A stretch of 64,000 bases of DNA from a virus. Below are positions 27,545-38,000 of the stretch, in pieces. Position numbers and translations under genes: made by a program. The notes under the pieces were generated by a model. The model was not told the DNA's origin, ran no database searches, and saw only the letters and a program-made list of their open reading frames with translations. The stretch covers positions 12,064-76,063 of the IMG/VR virus record IMGVR_UViG_3300023174_000141; one strand, 5' to 3'. The stretch's first letter is position 1. Every line of letters begins with the position of its first letter.

Positions 27545-30500
27545 TGGCGGCCCCTAGCTACGAGAACCCCCTCTACGCGGCGTACCTCACTCGCCACAAC
27601 ATCTACGACGACACCCTTCCGACGCCGAACCCGGCGGTGCTGAAGGAGTGGCAGGACTACAGCGGCGACCTGGCCCGGTACTCCAAGGACAAGGACGCGC
27701 AGGGGCTCAAGGAGCGCATCGAGGACAAGAAGCTCCGCCTAGGGTACATCAAGGCCAGCCAGGACTTCCTCGCGAAGATCGAGGAGACCAAGGGGAAGAA
27801 CGCGCGCGTCTCGCTGCAGGAGTTCGTCGACCGCAACAACAACCTCACGGACAACTCCACCAAGATCGCGACGCAGGGCACTCAGTACACCAGCCGAGCG
27901 TTCGAGCCGTCCAAGGAAGCGTTCCGCACGGCTCCCGGCAACACCGGGGCCGCGGCGTCTCTTGCCGCGCTGACGCGCGCGATGACGGACAAGGGCATCA
28001 GCTACGACGCCTCGAAGCCGGAGATCGCAGGGCTCGCCACGCAGTGGGCCACGATGGTGCTGAAGGCGCCCGACATCATGAGCGTGACGGAGGACCAGGC
28101 CGCGAAGGCCGTCCAAGACGCCGGTGGCGGCGACACCCTCCAGCAGCAGGCGCGCGAGCTCATCCGCGCCGGCAAGCAGTCCGAGTCCGCGGTTCGCTCG
28201 GCGAACATGAAGATCAAGGACAGCGCGGACTACGCGAAGCAGCTCAGCGCGGCGGGCGGGCAGGTCACGCAAGAGCAGATGGACGAGCTGGGCAAGAAGA
28301 TGGCCGAGGCCGAGCTCGGCTTCCGCTACCTCGTCGGCCGTTCTCCCGAGGAGCTCTCCTCTGACATCGAGTCGCTGAAGTCCTACGACAGCCAGTACCA
28401 GTTCATGCTCGAGCGCGAGAAGCAGCTTCGCGACGTCGCGTTCGGCGTCGGCAAGGAGGGCCTCCGCTCGAAGATGGGCCGCATCATGGCGGACCCCGAC
28501 TTCCAGCTCTGGGCGCGCGACAACGGCTACGAGCTCGGTCAGGCCCAGATCGACGAGAACGGCAACGTCCTCTACGTCCCCGGCCCCCAGGACGAGCGGG
28601 CGCTCCTGCGCTTCGCCTACCAGGCGCGCACCGGCCGTCAGAGCCCGTGGCCCTTCGCGGGCAAGCCCCAGCCGACGGGTGAGCTGGTCAAGGTCACCAT
28701 CACCAACGAGGGTGAGCGGCAGCGTCTCCTCTCCGGGTCGGATCTTGGCGGAGGAAAGTACGCGATCAGTGCGGACGGCTCGCTGGTCGACCCTGCGGCG
28801 TACCGAGAGGAGATGAAGAAGCTCGGCTTCACCGACCCGCAGGTAGAGGTCGCCTTCGACGACAATGGCAACCACTACTTCAAGGCCGACGGTCAGTACT
28901 ACGTTGTGGGTGCGGACAGCAGCGTCGGGTCCCTCAGCGAGGCGCCCACCGGGGTGACGTTCAAGCCCGCGGTGTTCTACGGCAACGGCGACACGGCACA
29001 GCACTACCTCACGCTTGACGAGCTCAAGGGCGGAAAGGCCCAGCTCTTCGATGCCGACGGCAACCCTCGGTATGGCGTCTACGAGCAGGCCGACCAGGAG
29101 GCGTTCGACAAGGCGTCCCCGTACAAGGTCGTCGGCGCGGACCAGATCCAGGGTCTGGGCGTTCAGACCTTCGAGGGCTACCGCGACAAGCGCAACGCGA
29201 GCACGCTGGGCGCGATGGGCAACGGTGCGTTCAGCATCAACGGTGGCCAGTACGTCTTCGGCGAGGGCGCGAAGTACGAGGTGCTTCTGTCCGATGCCGA
29301 GAAGACGCCCGGGGCGCGCCGCCAGGCTCGCCTCGCCGAGAAGGCGCAGCGTGAGCTTGGCGGGGCGACGGGGATGCCGACGGAACAGGTGCTTCGTACC
29401 GAGGCGCCTCGTCCTGCGGCGCGTCCCGCGGCGCAGCCCCCGCTCACCGCGCTCGGCGAACAGGCTGTGACGAGCCCCGCTGCGGCAGCCCGCACCGAGC
29501 AGCTCCAGCGCCAGGACCTGCTCGTCACGGGTGGGACGGCCGCGACGGGCGGCGCGGCGGCTCCGACTCCCGCGGCGGCTCCGGCGGCGGAGGACGTGAC
29601 CTACGTCAAGACCAAGGACGGCGCGACCTACAAGGCCAACGTCGACGGTGTCCAGATGGTCGCCCCGCCCACCGGCGGCACGCTCGACACCAAGGTCGTG
29701 CCCTACGCCAATCTTGGCGACCTCGAGGCGAAGCTGAAGGAAGGCGAAAAGGTCGCGGCTCCCGCTGGAATCGCGCCTCCCGCCGCAGCACCCACTCCGG
29801 CGGCCGGACCCACGATGGTGACGGCGCCTCCGGTCGGCCGCCCTCGCCCCGAGGTCACCCGCGAGGGTGAGGTCACGCGCATCGACTACGGTGCGCGCCG
29901 CCCCTCGTTCGGTGAGAAGGTCGCCACGGGGCTCGAGCGCGCGGCGGGTGCGGTCAGCTCCACCGTTGGCGGTCTCTTCCGGCGCAAGCCGGGCGAGGAG
30001 GGCCTCGAAGCTGGACCTTCGGCCGCGGAGCCGACGCTCGTCGAGAAGATTCGCACCAGCCGCGAGGCTGCTCGTGGCGACCGCGCACGGGCGGAGGCCG
30101 AGGCCGCACGTCCTGCGTTGCCGCCGCTTGCTCCGCTGCCCGACAGCGCGCGCAACGCTCCGCTCGAGACCGGTCTGCCGTCTATCGACGAGGCGCGCAA
30201 GCGCGGACTCGACGAGCAGATCATGGGGTTCTTGCTCGACAAGAACGTAGACCCCAAGGTCAGTGACCTCGCTGGTCGCGCCCAGGTGCTCACGGCGCGT
30301 CGGGCTGAGGCTGACAAGGCGCGAGACCTCGCCCGTCGCGGTCTCGGTCAGATGCCTGAGTTCGACGCTGACGCCTACACGGCGCAGGTCCGCGCGCTGG
30401 CCGACGAAGCGCGCGAGCGGATGCGCGGCCGTCGCGGGACCGACCTCAGTCTGTTTGACTCCACGCCGGGTAAGGTCGAGGGTCTGGGCTCTAACATCGA

Positions 30501-31011
30501 AGGAGAAACTCCGGTTCTTCAGCTCCCCGGGACGGAGACGAACATCGCCGTGTCGCCGTTCCTCCGGCGCGCCGTCGAGTCGCTCGGACGCAGGCGGGCT
30601 CCCGCCCAGCCCGAAGCAGCGGCACCGCCCAGCTCGCAGATCCTGCCACCGGCGTCGACCAAGCTGGTGACGGAAGAGCAGAAGACTGGCCCGAGTTTCC
30701 TGCGAAAGACGCCGCCGGCCGCGCCGCCCGCTACCAAGAAGCCGCCGGTGGGAGCCACGAAGCCTGCGCCCGCAAAGCCCGCGGACGATGAGCTGAACTT
30801 CGACACGAGCATCGAGATGGCGTCCGAGCAGCCGAACCAGCCGCAGACGGTGCCGATGGGTCGAGACCTTGGCGCGGGTTCGTTCACGACCTTCGGAGTG
30901 CAGCCCTTCTCCAAGCAGGAGGCGACGCCGCTCACCACGTTCCAGCGGCTCCGCCAGCAGGCGCTGCGCGCCAAGCAGGGTAACGCTCCGACCAACGGAG
31001 GAGTACGATAA
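27544..31011 (+). CDS. large putative ejection/internal virion protein
   Basis: About 1155 aa with Pro/Ala linkers, in the ejectosome position. Confidence 0.65.
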   Translation: MAAPSYENPLYAAYLTRHNIYDDTLPTPNPAVLKEWQDYSGDLARYSKDKDAQGLKERIEDKKLRLGYIKASQDFLAKIEETKGKNARVSLQEFVDRNNNLTDNSTKIATQGTQYTSRAFEPSKEAFRTAPGNTGAAASLAALTRAMTDKGISYDASKPEIAGLATQWATMVLKAPDIMSVTEDQAAKAVQDAGGGDTLQQQARELIRAGKQSESAVRSANMKIKDSADYAKQLSAAGGQVTQEQMDELGKKMAEAELGFRYLVGRSPEELSSDIESLKSYDSQYQFMLEREKQLRDVAFGVGKEGLRSKMGRIMADPDFQLWARDNGYELGQAQIDENGNVLYVPGPQDERALLRFAYQARTGRQSPWPFAGKPQPTGELVKVTITNEGERQRLLSGSDLGGGKYAISADGSLVDPAAYREEMKKLGFTDPQVEVAFDDNGNHYFKADGQYYVVGADSSVGSLSEAPTGVTFKPAVFYGNGDTAQHYLTLDELKGGKAQLFDADGNPRYGVYEQADQEAFDKASPYKVVGADQIQGLGVQTFEGYRDKRNASTLGAMGNGAFSINGGQYVFGEGAKYEVLLSDAEKTPGARRQARLAEKAQRELGGATGMPTEQVLRTEAPRPAARPAAQPPLTALGEQAVTSPAAAARTEQLQRQDLLVTGGTAATGGAAAPTPAAAPAAEDVTYVKTKDGATYKANVDGVQMVAPPTGGTLDTKVVPYANLGDLEAKLKEGEKVAAPAGIAPPAAAPTPAAGPTMVTAPPVGRPRPEVTREGEVTRIDYGARRPSFGEKVATGLERAAGAVSSTVGGLFRRKPGEEGLEAGPSAAEPTLVEKIRTSREAARGDRARAEAEAARPALPPLAPLPDSARNAPLETGLPSIDEARKRGLDEQIMGFLLDKNVDPKVSDLAGRAQVLTARRAEADKARDLARRGLGQMPEFDADAYTAQVRALADEARERMRGRRGTDLSLFDSTPGKVEGLGSNIEGETPVLQLPGTETNIAVSPFLRRAVESLGRRRAPAQPEAAAPPSSQILPPASTKLVTEEQKTGPSFLRKTPPAAPPATKKPPVGATKPAPAKPADDELNFDTSIEMASEQPNQPQTVPMGRDLGAGSFTTFGVQPFSKQEATPLTTFQRLRQQALRAKQGNAPTNGGVR

Positions 31012-31931
31012 TGGGAAGGAAGCTCGAGAAGCCTGGCACCATCAAGCCGGCGACCCCGTCGGCCCCCGCGCCCAAGGCCACCGCTCCGGCGGGCGGTGGC
31101 GGCGCGGCCAAGCCCAAGGCGGCTGCGGGCGGCACGCCGCGCAACCCGCCGCCTCCTCCGCCTCCTCCGGCACCCGAGCAGGAGCCGGCCGTCCCCGGCG
31201 CCGAAGCCATCGTGGAGCGGAGCATCTTCGACAGCGGCGCCGCGCGTGACACGGGTGTTGCCACCGAGCTGACGCCACAGCAACAAGCAGACCTGACGCG
31301 GGGTGTGGCTCCGGGAACGGCCGCCGAAGTACCTGACATGGGCAAGTACCGCGACCTGCGGGAGAAGGCGATCCGTCGCGCGGCGGAGCGGCGTTCCTGG
31401 TACGACCCCCTCAAGCGAGGGGCCACGCTAGCGTCGCTCGGCGCGTCGAACTTGGCCGTTCCGGTCCTGGCGGCCGACGTAGGCACCGCGGCCGGACGCT
31501 TCATCGGGGAGACGATCAACGAGGCGGTGACCCCGGAAGGCCGAGCGCGACTGCGGTACGGCGTAGAAAGCCGCCTGCCAGACTGGGAGATACTCGGCAA
31601 GTCCAAGGGGGCTGTCGTGCGCAACCCGTCGGGACGGACGGGGCAGGAACTCGTGGTCTACCCCAACCCGTCTGTCGTGGAGATCGGAGGCTCGCCGGCC
31701 GAGTTTGCCGCCAACGCACGCGCCAAGGAAGCGGAGCTGCGCACCGCCCAGCGCGGGTACGACACGTTGGCCGAAGGCTACGTCTCCGCCGCCAGTCAGG
31801 CGACTACGCCAGACGCGTCGCTGGGCAGCTATGAAAAGTACATGCGTGACAGCCTCCAGCGGGTCGCCGACCTGCGAGAGACGTTGCGCCGGTCGGGGTA
31901 CTCCGAAGAGGACATCGACGCCATCAAGTAG
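31011..31931 (+). CDS. putative internal virion protein
   Basis: TAATG coupling, Pro-rich N-terminus. Confidence 0.65.
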   Translation: MGRKLEKPGTIKPATPSAPAPKATAPAGGGGAAKPKAAAGGTPRNPPPPPPPPAPEQEPAVPGAEAIVERSIFDSGAARDTGVATELTPQQQADLTRGVAPGTAAEVPDMGKYRDLREKAIRRAAERRSWYDPLKRGATLASLGASNLAVPVLAADVGTAAGRFIGETINEAVTPEGRARLRYGVESRLPDWEILGKSKGAVVRNPSGRTGQELVVYPNPSVVEIGGSPAEFAANARAKEAELRTAQRGYDTLAEGYVSAASQATTPDASLGSYEKYMRDSLQRVADLRETLRRSGYSEEDIDAIK

Positions 31932-32029
31932 CGCATGCGCCAGCACCAGCGCCGTATCCGCCGTGGTTTATGCTACGATGCGGGCGGCGTTCGTGCGTCT
32001 GTGTTACGAGCGCCGAGACGGAGTGAAGC

Positions 32030-35000
32030 ATGGCGCGCAACTACGAAGAGCTGAAGGCGGCCCTGGCGAGCGAGAAGGCGGCGACGCAGGCGCCCACCGC
32101 ACAGCAGGCCGTGGCGCCCACCCCCGCTGCTCCGGTTCCCGCACCCGCGAAGAGTGCCGGCGGCATCCCGTCGTTTCTGCTCCCGCCTGCCGAGCCCACG
32201 AAGGCCAAGGTTCAGAAGAGCGCACTCCCCTCTTCCCCGAAGATAACGGCTCCGGCCGCACTGCGCAAGGCCAAACTCCCAACTCCTGCCGAAGTTTCTG
32301 CCGAAGTCAAGGCTGGCGCGCCGCGCGCCCAGCCCGGCGCCGCGCCCCAGTCGCCGCCCGCCGCCGACATCGTTCTGCCTCCGGACCTCCAAAAGGAGGT
32401 CGACTGGCGAAAGGTATACGACGCTTCTGGTGTCGGTGTGCGCACCGCGAAGAAGAACGCGGCGCAGCTCCTCGGCATGGAGGAAAGCGAGCTGGAGAGA
32501 ATCTCGCAGGCCCAAGGTGTCGACCTCGACAGCATCGACAAGGCGAAGACCAAGGGGCGCACGTTCGATGAGATCATGCGGGCTGGCCGCGAGCGCGGTG
32601 TTCTCGGCTTCCTGCCCCAGGACGAGCGCCTCGCGGTGTTCCGGCGCACGGCCGAGACCGTGGAGAAGGCCCAGCGCGGCGAGGCGGACGACCGCCCCAT
32701 TGAGCTGATCAAGTCTGGCGCCGACCGCGGCCTCAGCGGTGGCGGAGCCGCGGCGGGTGGAATGCTCGGCGCGGCGGGCGGCCCCATTGGTGCGGGTGTC
32801 GGTGCCGCGGCGGGGTCTGTGCTGGGTTCCGGCGGCTACATGGCGGCGGGCACCTCCACCGAGCTGCCCGAGGTGTCGAAGCCCGGCGAGTACGGCTACC
32901 TCGCGAGCTCCCTGCTGGCGGAGGCTCTCCAGAAGGACCCCAAGGCGTCTCGCATCTACGACCTCTACGGGCGTGGCGTTGCGACGGGCAACACCCAGCA
33001 GTACATCACCGAGCGCACGCTCGACCTGCTTCAGCGCGCGGGCGCTGCGCCGGGCAGCGCCGAGGCGGAGGAGCTCTTCCCGAAGTTCCGCCGTCGCGCC
33101 ATCAACGAGGTGCTGGCCTACAAGACCATCGGCCAGTGGACGCCCGCCATCACGATGCAGGACGTTGAGGTGACCGAGGGTGCGAAGGCCCCTGGCTTCT
33201 TCGCGGCGCTCGGCCCGAACGTGGAGCTCGTCGGCATCAACAACAAGCAGCAGGCGGTCTACCGGCAGGAGAGCCCGCTCGGTGTGCTGTTCCGCGTCAT
33301 CGACATCCCGCAGGAGGCGCTCGTCGCGAAGCTCGAGGGGCAAGACGCGGCGACCGGTATCCAAGCCGGCTCGAACCTCTTCGAGTACGCCATCGAGCAC
33401 ACCAAGGACGAGTCCGCCTACGTCCGCTATCCCGCGATGGCCGCGGGCTTCCTCGCCTCGGCGTTCTCGCCCGATCTGTTGCTCGCGGGCGGCGCCGCCC
33501 AGAAGGCGGGCAAGCTTGCGAAGCGCGCCTACGACGTGAAGAAGAATGGCGCGAAGGCCATCGGCCTCCTCGAGACCGTGGCGCAGGCGCGCCAGGCGAA
33601 GGACTACGTCAAGGCGACGGACGCCGAGAAGGCGCTGCGCGAGCTTTCCCCCGGCCTCGCCGACCAGCTCGACCGCTACGACGCGAACGCCGCGTCGCTC
33701 ATTGAGCTCGTGGACCCGAACACCGACATCCTGCGCGAGGACATGGCGTCCCTCATCGGCTCGCAGATCCCGTCGTCCAAGGAGTTCGCGGCCGAGCGCG
33801 TCTTCCTCCATCCGTCGAAGCGGAAGGAGATCGTTTCGGGCAAGCTCCCGAAGAAGCACGTCCCGCTGCCCACCTACTCGGGCCTTTTCGACACGCACGA
33901 CCTGATGGACCGCGCGGCTGCGGCCAAGCAGTCCTACATCGCCAACGCGCCGAAGAGCATCGACGAGTACGCCCAGAACTTCGCCCGCGGCACGACGCGC
34001 GACGTGCTCGGCAAGGCCGTCATCGGCGGCGCCGGTGTGCTGACCCCTGCGCAGATCGACGAGATCGCCGACATCGTCGCGACCCACGCGCCCGTCGCTC
34101 TTACGGACGAGCAGCGTTTCGCCGACCTCGTGCGCCAGGATCTCAAGGCGCACCCGGAGTACGGGCAGGCCAAGTACAACATCATCCGGCAGGTGGTCTA
34201 CACGCCGGGTAAGAACAAGCTTCGCGGTCGACTCGACCGCAAGCTGACCGGCATCAAGGGCAAGACGGTCGTCGACCTCCAGACCCCAGACATCGCGCTC
34301 TTCGACCGCGTGATCGCCGCCATCGAGAAGAACAACGAGGCCCGCGCCACGGGTGCTGCGCTGCTGCGTGAGGAGATCGCCAAGGAGGCGAAGCTCCGCG
34401 TTGAGCCGCTCAACGTCTTCGACGACGTGTCGCTGAAGACGCCGGGCGGCGACCCCATCCGCCTCTCTCCTGGCGGTGTGCTGTGGCTGCGCCAGGTGCG
34501 CAACGCGCGCCCCGAGATGGACTTCAAGGACGCCTACGGTGCGGTCACCGTTGTCGACCAGTTGGTCGTCGCCGAGGCAAAGAAGCGCGGGGTCGACTCG
34601 TTCGACCTCTACCGTGAGCTGCTGCCCACCATCCGCGACGCGACAGACGCTGAGATCCTCAAGTACACGGGCCGTCCCCGCGGCAGCGCTCCTCCCGCCG
34701 CGCCCGCGGCTCCTGCTGCCGGTGGCGCACCTCCTGCTCCCGCCGCTCCCGCCGCTCCCGCCGCGCCCACGGCCGCCGCTCCGGCGATGCCGCCGGCGCT
34801 CATGGGCGCGCCCGCGGTGATGACCGCGCCTACGGCGATGACCCGGCAGGCCGCCGCTGCGGCGGCGACCAAGTTGACGGCGGCGGCCGGGCTTAGCCCC
34901 CACGGCGTCCTCGCGGCTCAGTTCGTCGCGAAGCTCCCCGTCCTGATGATCGAGGAGGACGTCACCGACCTCGCGCAGGCGAAGACCATCCTGAGCGATG

Positions 35001-38000
35001 TCTCGCGCAACGCGCGGGACTATTATGGCGCGCAGGGCCTCCAGACGGGCATCTTCAGCGCGGCTCGTGACGGCGCCGTCTCGCGCGCCGTCGCGGTGGG
35101 CGACGTCCGCGTCGTCGTAGACCAGCCGAAGGTCGACGAGGCCTTCACCATCTACGTTCTCGTCGGCGACAAGCTCAGCCGCATCCAGGCCCCGCAGGGC
35201 CTCAACCCTGTGGCTGCGATGCGCCGTGGCGTCGACGAAGCCGAGAAGATGATGGAGGCGCGCGTCAAGGCGGGCCAGCCCGCCATCAAGGGCGCACCGG
35301 TCGCGGTCGTGTCGCAGCCCCAGATGTTGCCGACGCCTCGCGTGTTCCCGCCCGTTCCCGAGGAGATCGACCTCGACATCACGCAGGCGCTGCCCGCGAC
35401 GATGAGCGACGAGGACATCGCTCGCGCCGTCGAAGCGCGCGTGGCCTCCGGTGCGCCCGAGGAGATGGCCGCCGAGATGACCCAAGCGCTGCCCCCGCAG
35501 CGCCTCACTCCGGCGCAGCGCTCGGCTGGCTTCGAGCGTCTGTTCCAGAGCGGCGAGACCCCCGAGCCGACGGCGCGTCTCTTCGAGGAAGCCGAACCCA
35601 CGACTGAAGTGACCGCATCTCTCCTCGAGCCCACTCGGGAGATTCCGCGGCGTCGAATCCGCGCCGAACTGGTTCGTGGCGAGCAAGACATCCAGCGCCG
35701 TCTGGCCGAGGGTGAGGCCGCGTTCCAGCGCAACATCGAGGAGCCTCGTGCCCGCCTCGCCGAGCTCGAGCCCACGGCCAAGGTCGAGGCTCCCGCCGCG
35801 GAGCGCGTCGCCCCGGAGGTCGCCGAGGAGGCGCCTGTCGCGGCCGAGCCCGTGTTCCAGGTCGAGCCGAAGGCCGAGGCCCCTGCCGCGGCGGCTGCTG
35901 AGGCTGTTCCGCCCGCAGCCCGGGTCGAGGCCGCGGCGCCGCACCGCGGGTCTACGTTCTCCTCGGGCAAGGCCGCCCGCGACGCAGCGGAATCGGCCAA
36001 GGCGCAGACGACTGCCGCGCCGGAGTTCGCGTCGTGGTTCAGCGGGTCTCAGGTCGTCGACGACGCCGGCACCCCGCTGATCGTGTACCGCGGCGGAACC
36101 CCGGCAGATGTGATCCCCACCGCCGCCAAGGCGGGGTCGGTCCAACTCGGGCCGGGGGCGTACTTCGGCGGTGTCGGCCTCGCGGAGGAGTTCGCGGGGT
36201 TCCGTCCTGGCGGTGAAGTCGGGGCGTACTACCTGTCGCTGAAGCGCCCGTTCAACGAGATCGAGTCGGCGAAGACCGACCCCGAGCTGTTCAACCGGTT
36301 CATCGGAAAGATGCGCGACGCGGGAATCCCCGAGAAGACCCTGCGCGAGATCGACAGGCCCTACGCAGGCGTCCTCACGGATCTGTCCAAGGACTTGGCG
36401 AAGGTCCGCGGACTAACGGGCAGCGACGCGGCGTGGCGCGCGGCTGACGAGGTCAACGCTGCGCTGCGCGAGGTCGGCTTCGACGGCATCGTGGCTGACT
36501 GGAATCGCGGCAACGTGCAGTACGTCGCGTTCGATCCTGACCAGATTCGCAGCGCGACCACCAAGGTCGAAGAAGCAGTAAGCGCGGGCCCCGCTCAGCC
36601 CTCCGGTATCACGCCGGCGGCTGTCGCGCCCGTCGTTGCCGAAGAAATGTCGGAAGGTCTCAAGAAGGCGCTTGCCGACGTGAAGAAGCTCCGCTCGCCG
36701 AAGGCGACGGACAAGCTGCTCGGCGAGATCGCGGCGTCGACCCTGGCGCCGGCTGAGAAGGTCCGGGTCTACGAGAACCTCAGCTCTAAGCTCGAGACGC
36801 TCGCCGCGGCCGAGGAGGACGCCATCAAGCAGAGCGAGCTTGAGGGTCTTCTCAGTAAGGCGGCGGATGCAGAGTTCCGCGCTCGAGGGGACGCGGAGCG
36901 GGCGCTTCGTGAGAGCTTCGCGCAGGCTCCCGAGGAAGGCCGCGGTCTCAAGCAGATCAGCCCGACCGGCGACGTAAAGGGCGTCACCGAGCTCATGGCG
37001 GACGGCCGCAGCGTCATCATCCTGTTCCAGGGGGCGGACGCCTCGACGGTGCTCCACGAGGTCGCGCACGTCGTGCGCCGCAACGTCCTCGACCAGGACG
37101 ACATGAACGCCATCGCGAAGTGGGTGATGAGCCGCGGCGTCGGCATCACCGGCCATCGGTACGGCGAGTTCGAGGGGTCGCCCGCGGACGTCGAACAGGC
37201 CGAGGAGCTCTTCGCCAAGGCGTTCGAGGAGTACGTCCGCGCGGGTGTGGCGCCGAACAACCCGGCGGTCCAGTCGGCCTTCGACACGCTCAAGACGACC
37301 ATCGCGAACATCTACCGCGGCATCTCCGACCCGGTTATTGGAGTGAACCTCCAGCCGGAGGTCCGTCAGGTCTTTGACAAGCTCCTCTCCGAGACCTCGG
37401 AGCAGTCGGGCGCATCCATCAAGCAGGTCCTCCGCAAGGAGATCCTGGGCACAAACGCGCGCGAGGAGACCGGGTTCCTCGATGTCCTGTCGAAGGAGGC
37501 CCAGCGCAAGGGCATTCCGATGTCCTCGGTGGAGGACCTCGCCAAGCAGTTCACCACGGCCCAGCGCAACAAGGCCGCGGCGAACGCACCTCACGTCTCG
37601 TTCCCGGTGCCCGTGCTCGGGAAGAAGGACTGGAGCCTCGACGACCTGGCAGAGCTCCAGGCGGCGCGCGAGGTCGACACGGCCGTCGCTGCGGCGCGGA
37701 AGAAGGGCATCCTGCTCGACCTCACCGGCTCGAGGACCTCCGCCGCGGCGGTTCCCGAGGACGACGCGGTCGAGTCGCTGCGGAGCGCCATCGCGCACAA
37801 CGACGATGACAGCATGCTCACCGGTAAGGCGAAGCAGGCGTCGCGCGTTGTCGCCGCGACGTTCTTCGGCGGCGACGTGGTGGGCGAGAACGGCATGCGC
37901 GGGTTCCCGCCGGAGCTCCGCAACGCCATCAACACGACGGTCGCCGTCGTCGAGCAGAGCGTCGGCGACACCGTGTCGCTCACCAACGACGCGCTCGAGG

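Noticed and set aside
34680-34830. CCCGCCGCT-type tandem repeats
   Set aside because: They encode a Pro/Ala linker inside the giant protein and are not an independent array.
31973-36145. 1390-aa minus-strand ORF and other long antisense ORFs (13081-15552, 38225-40465, 45365-47470, 52319-54916, 2735-4153)
   Set aside because: Shadow frames of real genes caused by high GC3. They are Arg/Gly/Leu-rich, with no motifs or RBS.
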